A DNA stretch of 32,000 nucleotides from Edaphobacter aggregans (GCF_003945235.1 NZ_RSDW01000001.1:4260001-4292000), one strand, 5' to 3'. Shown: positions 16,083 to 23,002, counted from the first letter of the stretch. Notes: generated by a model from the sequence alone, not told the origin. Program-made: numbers and translations.

Positions 16083-17096
16083 ATGCACATGCATTACTCG
16101 CGTCGCTCAATTTTGCGCAAAGCTGCCCTTGTATCAGCCGCCGGTGTAGCCTACACTAATCCGCTTATTCTCCTTGCCCAGAGTCCGGCAAAACGAGCAG
16201 CATCTACTCCCCCTCCTCCGTTTCAACCAGGAATTCGTATTTTCTTTTCGGGGTCTTGGCTCTTCTGTTCAGAGAATAATAACCCGGGCTGGATGAGAGC
16301 GATCGCTCAGGACATGCCGCGAGTTCCACATACCTTTGCCTATGGTGTGTGGACGCCTGGTTGGAATGACGCAACCACAAAGTCACTACACTCGAACTCA
16401 AATCCAAGTGGTGGCCAACCGGGCATCATTCCACATAAGGTCAAGGTGTCCGTGGGCTCCAAGCCTTTCGGGTCAAGCTTTACTACTGTCAATGACCTGT
16501 TTGCTTATACTGCCTGCACAGACCCTTTTACATACCTGCCAAGCAAAGATATAAAGTACTCCGTTGACTTCAACGCACGTAATCTTCGGGTCATCTCTGT
16601 TCCTATTCCATCAAGTATCATTCCGGCTGCCTTCCTCAGATCCGCATCGATTAGGAACCCTCAAAAGCTTCTTTATACGTTGCCTCAAGGGTGCGTGTTG
16701 TCCCAGTCTGGAGTCGCGACAACGCATATCTTTGACTACCCTGCAGCAACTTCCCTGACCCTCACGCTAAACACTGGTACCGCCGACACTGCGAGCCAGC
16801 AGGATCATTATCACTTTCACACAACTGCGATCTCAGACACACCGTTCGACCACGCTCCGATGATGTTCGATAATCTGCTGGGCCTCATTAGAGGCTTCGA
16901 CCAGAACAACCTAGGATTGCTCAACCCCAATCCAGAATCTATTGACATAGGAGACAACGTCCCAGCGAGTGTTTCGGGGGACGAATTGGAGATTACCTCT
17001 GCTGGTGCCTCAGCTACCAAACCCAAGGAAGTTACCTATTCGACTCACGCAAGACTCGCTACCTGCGCGGGGGGAGCCCTCGCGCTGGGCGATTGA
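16083..17096 (+). CDS. Tat-signal exported protein, function unknown
   Basis: 337 aa. The N-terminus MHMHYSRRSILRKAALVSAAGVAY fits the twin-arginine S-R-R-x-(F/I)-L-K pattern. GGAG at 16075-16078. Starts 18 nt after the CHAT gene stop. Confidence 0.7.
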   Translation: MHMHYSRRSILRKAALVSAAGVAYTNPLILLAQSPAKRAASTPPPPFQPGIRIFFSGSWLFCSENNNPGWMRAIAQDMPRVPHTFAYGVWTPGWNDATTKSLHSNSNPSGGQPGIIPHKVKVSVGSKPFGSSFTTVNDLFAYTACTDPFTYLPSKDIKYSVDFNARNLRVISVPIPSSIIPAAFLRSASIRNPQKLLYTLPQGCVLSQSGVATTHIFDYPAATSLTLTLNTGTADTASQQDHYHFHTTAISDTPFDHAPMMFDNLLGLIRGFDQNNLGLLNPNPESIDIGDNVPASVSGDELEITSAGASATKPKEVTYSTHARLATCAGGALALGD

Positions 17097-17142
17097 TGCT
17101 GAGGGCATCGGGCATTGATTCCCTAACGGCGTTCTTCAAAGG

Positions 17143-17266
17143 CGTAGAAAGCGCACTGAGGAGTCGGAGTGCCCGATCGCGAACTCCGATACTGACACGA
17201 ATATCGAGACTAAGCTGTCCCCGATAATTCCAGCCAGCTTTGCCCTTCGAGGATATTTTTTAGTTG
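17143..17266. repeat. Left arm of composite repeat module, copy B (paired with 2066..2188)
   Basis: See 2066..2188: collinear, roughly three quarters identical by eye, with one small indel near gaagg(g)(c)aa(a)gctgg. Confidence 0.8.
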
Positions 17267-17269
17267 TCA

Positions 17270-17710
17270 TCAGATCTTCCGGATCTCCTGTGCTTTTTGT
17301 TCAGACGTTAGCTTAGAGCGGATCTTTGCCGAACTGATCTTGTTCCTCCCGTTCCCTAAACGGTAGAAGTAGTTCGCACGGTTGCAAAGCCTCGCCGCCG
17401 CATCGTACCGAGGGAGAGCAATTGGCAGTCGCTTCCTCATTTGAGACGGTTCTGCGTTACTAATCGTGCTAGTAGCACGGTTCCAGCAAATGTCTGCGTC
17501 TAGCTCCTTCAAAAAGGAAGTCCCAATTTCCTTCAGCTTTAACCGTGGGAGTCGACACCCTTCGTTGGAGAGGTGCTGCCTGCTCCGTCGACTGGAAACG
17601 AGCTTTCGAGAGTCTCCCGAGAACAGGCTTTGTATGTCGTAAGCGCGACGAACTTTGTCTCGGTTTGGCGAAAGTTCAGCCTTATGTGTAAATTCACGGC
17701 GGAACTTCAA
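17270..17710 (-). CDS. doubtful ORF in the variable centre of repeat module B
   Basis: 146-aa ORF. Its first ~15 codons are encoded by the iteron cluster, so any real start would be internal. Basic, low-complexity composition. It ends ...AKIRSKLTSEQKAQEIRKI. No similarity seen to the ORF at the same place in module A. Confidence 0.25.
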   Translation of the reverse strand: MKFRREFTHKAELSPNRDKVRRAYDIQSLFSGDSRKLVSSRRSRQHLSNEGCRLPRLKLKEIGTSFLKELDADICWNRATSTISNAEPSQMRKRLPIALPRYDAAARLCNRANYFYRLGNGRNKISSAKIRSKLTSEQKAQEIRKI

Positions 17711-17806
17711 GCTTATGGGGATGTTCCAGTTCAGCCTTATGGGGTATCAGATGCCGTAAGTCATTGAAACAAATCCGGCTGAAATTCCGCCTTATGCGTA
17801 AACTCA
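17667..17806. repeat. Iteron-like cluster B: four direct copies of TTCArCCTTATG(G/t)G
   Basis: Cores (C/G)CTTATG start at 17680, 17711, 17735 and 17790, the same 31/24/55-nt spacing as cluster A. The identical 15-nt block aagtcattgaaacaa is at 17758-17772, 23 nt after core 3 as in A. Confidence 0.85.
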
Positions 17807-17808
17807 CA

Positions 17809-17836
17809 AAGGGTCGGAGCTTAGGCTTCGACCCTT
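17809..17836. other. 12-bp stem (one G-T wobble) / 4-nt loop hairpin after iteron 4 (copy B)
   Basis: aagggtcggagc ttag gcttcgaccctt. It sits at a position analogous to the hairpin in module A but has an unrelated sequence. Confidence 0.65.
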
Positions 17837-17884
17837 AGCATTTGGAATCTAGGTCCACAAGAGAAATAAGGAGCGGTGGTTCCA

Positions 17885-19187
17885 ATGGCAATTCAAAGAC
17901 TAAGCGATTTCTTCGGAGTAAGTGATTCGGCCTTGGCGCAACAAGGTGTGATAAACGCAGCGATCAGCGTGGACAATCGATTTTTTATTGAGCCGCGTCT
18001 GTTGTTTCATACCAAAAATTCCTTTTTTCGTTGATGCAGCAGCCAAAATAGAGAGTTATTTTCAACGCGTCATCTCGCTACTCAACGCTTCTAAAAGAGA
18101 AGGCGACATCGCTTGGATCGCTGCGTGCAAGTTGCTCCAATTTGGCGAACCGCAAGGATTTGCGCTCGGGTATGGTGTGCATAAGCCTAATGGGCGCGGT
18201 GTGGGGCCTACTCTCGCAGCAGGCCTCGCATCTAGAGCTCAGCAAATATTAAAGCTTGGAGTTGATGATCCTTTGATATTCGAGGTAATAGAACTGTTTA
18301 CCGATGGTATTGGACCGGATCTTATCAGTGATACCCAAGCGAGTATCCTGGAGGAAAATTTCCTCGCATACAGCCAGGACATAGCTAACAAACTGAAAAT
18401 CACAAATCGAGTGACCCGAATTATTCAAGATCGCTCGTACTCTATACCCGCTGGCCCTAATGGGCGAGGAATAATTTTATTGCCCGCAGAGTTCCTGACC
18501 CCCCTTCCCATCGAAATGCCTTGGGAATCAATAGAATATGCGACGGCATTGGATGATTCGGTTCGTAAACAGCTCAGCGAACTGTTTGCATTAGCTGCAA
18601 AAAGGCCGAAGAAATCTGAGGTTGCGAACATAATTTTTCCACATCGGGATGTTCTAGAACGTCTGCTGAAATCGTTTAGAGAGAGCGTAGGAGCAAAATA
18701 CGACTTCGAAAACGATCCAATGGGCGTTTTAAGATGGTTCGAGGTAGCTCTGAATGCCGTTCAAGCTAATCCTGAAAAGATAGGTCTAGAACGTCGGGAT
18801 GCAGCTGGACTAGTCGATGTCGTGAATAAGATAACGCTAAAGTTCAAACAGAATGTTGAGCAAAATGGACTCTGGAAAGAGTTTTATCGTGAAGACCTTC
18901 GCCCAAAACATGAACGCTTTGGACACCTTGTTTTTTATGCAATTGCGGATGCCTACTGTGATGCAAATAACCTCGACATAAGCAGAGAAAGCAATGGAGG
19001 TAATGGTCCCGTTGACTTCAAACTTAGCCAAGGAGCTGATTTTAAATATTTAGTAGAAATGAAGTTATCGACGAATCCAAAATTACTAGATGGTTATACG
19101 GTGCAGCTTGATGCATATGCGGCTAGTGAAAAGGCAGAGAAGAAATCACTGGTTGTCATTAAACTTAATGGAAAGGGACGCAATTAG
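17885..19187 (+). pseudogene. RecB/Cas4-type PD-(D/E)xK nuclease-domain protein, interrupted by a +1 frameshift in a homopolymer region
   Basis: ATG 17885 (AAGGAG 17868-17873) opens a 49-codon frame, MAIQRLSDFFGVSDSALAQQGVINAAISVDNRFFIEPRLLFHTKNSFFR*, with its stop at 18032-18034. The 399-aa track ORF (17988..19187) is open in the +1 frame across the overlap. Total length is 1303 nt (3n+1). Removing one base in A5 (18014-18018) or T6 (18023-18028) fuses the frames. The C-terminus has D (19014-19016), E-M-K (19056-19064) and Q-L-D-A-Y (19104-19118). Confidence 0.65.
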
Positions 19188-19474
19188 AGGAGCTATTGAG
19201 CCTAAATAGAAAGCTCAAAGCTTCCAATGAGAGCTGCCCTGAACTCATCGTTGTTGACGCAACGACTCAACAATCAGCTAGTAAACGCCGAAGAGATCGG
19301 CCTGCGACATTGGGTTGAGTATAGGGAGCGGTGGCCCACATCTAACGAGCCACAAAATCGGGTGCCCCATCTTCGCGCGGTTTTATCGTGCCAAGGTGGA
19401 TTCATTCGAGCAAAGCTCGAACCGCCTTGCTTAAGGGCACGGCTTCAGCCGTGTCGCAACAGTAACGAGAGATA

Positions 19475-19497
19475 AGCGGCTTCAGCCGCTGAGGTAC
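19475..19497. repeat. Left copy of the perfect 23-bp inverted repeat flanking the RAYT gene
   Basis: agcggcttcagccgctgaggtac is the exact reverse complement of 19939..19961. It contains the hairpin agcggc ttca gccgct. Confidence 0.9.
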
Positions 19498-19513
19498 GTT
19501 TTACAATCGCCGA

Positions 19514-19954
19514 ATGGCGATCCCGAGCCGCACCGCCAGACCCGGCACCTACTTCATCACCACAGCCACTCACAACCGCCGCCGACTCTTTCAGGTCGAG
19601 CGCAACGCCGCCCTCCTCCTCGAAACCATCGACCATTACCGCACCAGCTATCTCCTGCACGCCTACGTCGTCATGCCCGACCATCTGCACCTACTCATCA
19701 CCCCAACCGACATCACTCTCGAGCGAACCATGCAGCTCATCAAGGGCGGCTACTCCCACCGCCTCGCCTCCAAACTCCCCGTCTGGCAGCGAGGCTTTAC
19801 CGACCACCGCATCCGCGACGACGCCGACTACAACGTCCGCCGCAACTACCTTCATCAAAACCCGGTCCCGCCCGCCTCTGCGAAAGCACCGAATCCTACC
19901 CATTCTCTTCAGCCAATCCAAAAGTTGCGGCTCGACGAGTACCTCAGCGGCTGA
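19514..19954 (+). CDS. REP-associated tyrosine transposase (RAYT, IS200/IS605 TnpA-like Y1 HUH enzyme), C-terminus probably frameshifted
   Basis: 146 aa. HUH motif in VVMPDHLHLLITP. Catalytic Tyr context RRNYLHQNPV. The expected continuation (ARLCESTESYPFSSA) is found in the -1 frame from ~19870. Confidence 0.8.
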   Translation: MAIPSRTARPGTYFITTATHNRRRLFQVERNAALLLETIDHYRTSYLLHAYVVMPDHLHLLITPTDITLERTMQLIKGGYSHRLASKLPVWQRGFTDHRIRDDADYNVRRNYLHQNPVPPASAKAPNPTHSLQPIQKLRLDEYLSG

Positions 19955-19961
19955 AGCCGCT
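19939..19961. repeat. Right copy of the perfect 23-bp inverted repeat flanking the RAYT gene
   Basis: gtacctcagcggctgaagccgct. The annotated RAYT stop codon TGA (19952-19954) is the hairpin loop. Confidence 0.9.
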
Positions 19962-20045
19962 CACTTCCCATCCCAGCGGCACGGCTAAAGCCGTGCCCGT
20001 AACACAACAAGAAGGCCGGGTGCTCATCTTCGCGCTAAGGTGGGT

Positions 20046-20414
20046 TTATTCGAGCGAAGCTCGAACCGCGTTGCCCAAACGCAATTCAGCCACTAGCTGC
20101 TTGAGTTTTGCGTTCTCCTGTTCAAGCTCGTACAGCCTCTGCATCCGCTCCTCGATCTTGGTGCGGTAAGTCTCGCCGCGATCTTGCGAAGCATCGACTT
20201 GCTTGGAGTTGCGCGAGCGCATTCCAAGCATCCGTGCGTGAACATTGGGACGGTATCCGAGCCTGGCCGCAGCCTCTTGAACACGCTCCCTCGTGGCCAG
20301 CTTCATGGCCTCCACGCCCGGCGCATTATTAAGCACGATCGAGATAGTCGCCGACGACAGGCCAAGATGCTCAGAAAGAGTCTTGAGCGTTACGGGTTTA
20401 GCGGTGTCCGTCAT
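20046..20414 (-). CDS. LacI-family HTH DNA-binding domain protein lacking the sugar-binding domain, with a C-terminal coiled coil
   Basis: From Met39 of the track ORF the sequence is MTDTAKPVTLKTLSEHLGLSSATISIVLNNAPG...ATRERVQEAAARLGYRPNVHARML, a typical LacI/PurR N-terminal HTH plus hinge. It is followed by EERMQRLYELEQENAKLKQLVAELRL. The start could also be the ATG at 20432. The last codons are encoded by REP element X'. Confidence 0.7.
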   Translation of the reverse strand: MTDTAKPVTLKTLSEHLGLSSATISIVLNNAPGVEAMKLATRERVQEAAARLGYRPNVHARMLGMRSRNSKQVDASQDRGETYRTKIEERMQRLYELEQENAKLKQLVAELRLGNAVRASLE

Positions 20415-20474
20415 TCCATTAGACCAGTCCATCCAACAGACAGTACCGATACGGTACCCATGGATTAATCGACA

Positions 20475-20490
20475 AGACAAACGTTTGTCT
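20475..20490. promoter_or_regulatory. Candidate LacI-type operator: perfect 16-bp palindrome AGACAAACGTTTGTCT
   Basis: Perfect palindrome with a central CG, 61 nt upstream of the ATG at 20414. It fits the general LacI/PurR-family operator shape (..AAACGTTT..). It is flanked by a second inverted pair, aatcga/tcgatt. Confidence 0.5.
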
Positions 20491-20599
20491 AAATCGATTG
20501 AATTCAATATAAGTACTGTCGTTTCCATGTGTCAAGAGAGGGAATCGGAAGGTATCTATTTCAGTGACGAATGGGGCGGGTGGCCCATATCTGAGCCGG

Positions 20600-21022
20600 T
20601 CAAGGCACCTGAGACGGCTTAGGCGTATAAGGCAACAAGTCCAGCGAGCGATCCTGAACCTCATCCACAAGATCGCCCCACCTCGCTGCCGTCACCCTCT
20701 TGATCTCCACCCACTCGGGGTCCGCAAGAAACCTCTTCCATGCCGCGTTTTGGGTGTCGCGATCCTTCCAGCGCAACAGATAGACAAAATCCTTATGCCC
20801 TGCCTCTCCGCTCTCGCTCGTGAACACGATGTCGAAGCCATACCGCCGCATAATCGGCATGCACTGCTCGCTGAAGCGTTTGTGGAAGTGCTGCTCATTT
20901 CCGGCATGCAGCTTGTAGATCCGCAACTGATACACCGGCCTCTGCCCTAATGCCGCCGCATAACCGAAGAAATACAAACCCATCAGAAACAAGGTCCTCA
21001 AACCCACGGACTCCTCCTTCAA
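20600..21022 (-). CDS. NIPSNAP family protein with N-terminal signal-like segment
   Basis: YQLRIYKLHAGNEQHFHKRF....MPIMRRYGFDIV......G..DFVYLLRWKDRDTQNAAWKRFLADPEW matches my recollection of the NIPSNAP pattern. Confidence 0.75.
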   Translation of the reverse strand: MKEESVGLRTLFLMGLYFFGYAAALGQRPVYQLRIYKLHAGNEQHFHKRFSEQCMPIMRRYGFDIVFTSESGEAGHKDFVYLLRWKDRDTQNAAWKRFLADPEWVEIKRVTAARWGDLVDEVQDRSLDLLPYTPKPSQVP

Positions 21023-21031
21023 TGCGAGCGG

Positions 21032-21328
21032 CTAAACCCCCTCAGCAATCCGAAGATCCCTCTCCACACCACCCGAGGCAAGCACGGCCAGCGCCTTCTT
21101 ATAATCCTCACTCTCATACGCAGCCAAAGCGATCTCGTAGCTCTCGAACTCTACCACCACTGTCATCAGCTTCAACCCAGCCTCGTGAGCCGTAACCGCA
21201 CTCCCCGGCGGCACCAGGGTATGCCCGCCAAACGGACCCAGCGCCGCTCGCGCCAGTGCAACATAACTCTTCATTGTTGCCTCATCGCCGACCGTCCGGT
21301 ACGCAACTACCCAGTAACCCTTCTTCAT
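21032..21328 (-). CDS. DUF1330 domain protein
   Basis: From the internal Met the sequence is MKKGYWVVAYRTVGDEATMKSYVALARAALGPFGGHTLV...VVVEFESYEIALAAYESEDYKKAL...RDLRIAEGV. GGAGAGAGGAA precedes the ATG at 21328. The track's longer 5' extension is unsupported. Confidence 0.75.
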   Translation of the reverse strand: MKKGYWVVAYRTVGDEATMKSYVALARAALGPFGGHTLVPPGSAVTAHEAGLKLMTVVVEFESYEIALAAYESEDYKKALAVLASGGVERDLRIAEGV

Positions 21329-21487
21329 ATCGTTCCTCTCTCCGATCCGTTGAACCTTGGATATGACGAACGATAGCAGACTCATTCTCTCTGTCCGCAC
21401 CAAGCCCCCAGTCCTGCCCATATAAAACGGACAGAGATCAAATCCAACCGGCGAACAGTCAGGCCCCAAAGTACGCAGAGGGCGTAC

Positions 21488-22267
21488 CTACCGCTCCCGT
21501 TTTCCGAGATGGTAGCTAATACCGATTCTCGTGGCTAGCTCATCCATTCCCGGATTGCTTGCCGCTAAGTAGCCATTCGAAACATGAAAAAATACGAACG
21601 GATCTATGCGCAGGTCGACCCGTTCCGACATTCTGAACAGAAAGCCGGCGTCAACCTGAACGTTGAAGTTGGTGTAGCTCGCTTTTGGCGAAAACGCTTT
21701 TTGGGCAAAGACTGCTGCCCCTAGCTTGCCGGTCATGTAGGGCCTGACGGCCTTATTGTTCCGCCACAGAAAGCGAAAGCCGAACGGGGAAATCGCAAAC
21801 CCAGGCACCAGCTCCTGGTTGGGGCTTTTGGCATTCCCCCAAAAATCGGAGACGGCGGGTTGGCTGAGAATGACAATAGGAATAACCTCCACCACATAGT
21901 CGACCTGGGATTTCAGCAAATGACCCCAGCTATGACGGTCGTACTCCACCCCTACCGTCCAGGCTTTGCAACGTACAGTAGCGCTAAATACTCTATAGTC
22001 GCCATCCGGAATCATCGTCGTCACGGAGATCTCACTCTCCACAGGCTGCTTGATAGGGGGCGGCTTCGTTATCAAAACATCCGATTCCGCCGGGATGGTT
22101 GTCTCCCGCGAGCTATTCACCACACTTTCCTGGGATAGCGCAGTTTGCGGGGCAAGAAGGCAGAGCGCAGCCAAAATGGCAACGTAATTAACGCCAAAGC
22201 TGCAGTCGAAGCGACGATCACTCCGTCGCAGGATGAAGGAAGACCCGAGGAATCGATGAGTAGTCAA
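21488..22267 (-). CDS. acyloxyacyl hydrolase / lipid A deacylase (PagL-like) outer-membrane protein
   Basis: Signal-like segment VAILAALCLLAPQTALSQ. C-terminal FFHVSNGYLAASNPGMDELATRIGISYHL carries the H-x-S-N-G motif characteristic of the PagL family. The exact start is uncertain. Confidence 0.65.
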   Translation of the reverse strand: MTTHRFLGSSFILRRSDRRFDCSFGVNYVAILAALCLLAPQTALSQESVVNSSRETTIPAESDVLITKPPPIKQPVESEISVTTMIPDGDYRVFSATVRCKAWTVGVEYDRHSWGHLLKSQVDYVVEVIPIVILSQPAVSDFWGNAKSPNQELVPGFAISPFGFRFLWRNNKAVRPYMTGKLGAAVFAQKAFSPKASYTNFNVQVDAGFLFRMSERVDLRIDPFVFFHVSNGYLAASNPGMDELATRIGISYHLGKRER

Positions 22268-22675
22268 TAGACCTCCACAACAGCTGGCCTGGAAGAGAGA
22301 GCTTCAGCTACTAAGAGAGAAATGACCCGGGTGCGACCCAACCTTACACGGACTTCAACACGGGGCGCACATTTTTGTTTGCAGGTGGATGGTCAAGATT
22401 TATCACGTCACTCATTTGGTGACCCGTCCTCGAACGAACCGCCATCGGCCTCAAACAACCCATCAGGGTGTATCCATCCCACGACTGCTCAGGCAGTCTC
22501 AAGCCGATCCACTTCCGAGGAATCACCATGGAATCGAATTACATGTCACCTGCCAACGGCAGGGTCCATTTAGGGCTGTCAAGCTTCAATCCCCGCAAAC
22601 CACTAAAAACAAGCAGCTTGTCCCTGCGTAACAATTGCAGCCAGCCTGCTAGAATTAAGACAGGAACCAAGACAA

Positions 22676-22706
22676 AAGCCCCGGCCACTCGGGGCTTCTT
22701 TTATTT
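22676..22706 (+). terminator. Rho-independent terminator-like hairpin with no annotated gene upstream
   Basis: aagccccg gccact cggggctt followed by cttttattt. The reverse strand also ends in a T-run (ttttgtctt), so it could act in both directions. Confidence 0.55.
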
Positions 22707-23002
22707 AGCTCATAACCCAAGCAGAAACAGAACTTTGCGCCCAACGACCTGAAAGGTGCAGCGAGGTCCAGGTCTAACCCATGAATCATGAATACTTTGG
22801 GACCATAAAGTCACCCAGGGAGGATACTCGATGCCACCCCAAACATCGATTGCTCAGCGCAGCGTCCTCATCATCCATTCACGCTGACGTAACGGGGGTA
22901 TTCTTACTCCCGTACGACATTCTCTGTTCACCCAGTGCCCAACTCCTGCTAACATCGCATCTCCCGGCGAAATAGTTCGCCGCTTAATTCAGGAGCATTA
23001 AA

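Larger units (their letters stand above)
19360..20074 (+). mobile_element. RAYT gene flanked by REP-like hairpin clusters
   Basis: The order is X - H1 - H2 - gene - H2' - H1' - X'. X is 19360-19430 and X' is 20018-20074; they are direct repeats, each with the ttcgagc-nnn-gctcgaa hairpin. H1 is cacggc ttca gccgtg (19438-19453) and H1' is ggcacggc taaa gccgtgcc (19978-19997). H2 and H2' lie inside a perfect 23-bp inverted repeat. Confidence 0.8.

Noticed and set aside
17868-19335. 10-mer ggagcggtgg found before (17870-17879) and after (~19325-19334) the nuclease gene, as possible target-site duplication
   Set aside because: A 10-nt match between two places in 32 kb is expected many times by chance. 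No further similarity flanks it.
19188-19360. tRNA gene or att site at the right edge of the low-GC region
   Set aside because: No T-arm (GGTTCGAATCC-like) or cloverleaf could be found by eye. The boundary is marked only by REP elements.
19227-19475. 82-aa plus-strand ORF upstream of the RAYT gene
   Set aside because: Its C-terminal half is the translation of REP hairpins (..PHLRAVLSCQGGFIRAKLEPP..), with no SD and no motif.
22389-22631. tmRNA-like tag reading frame (..KNKQLVPA*) in the gap before cspA
   Set aside because: There is no tRNA-like acceptor or T-arm sequence or CCA end, and the tag does not end in the usual (L/V)AA. At most it is an unclassified sRNA candidate.
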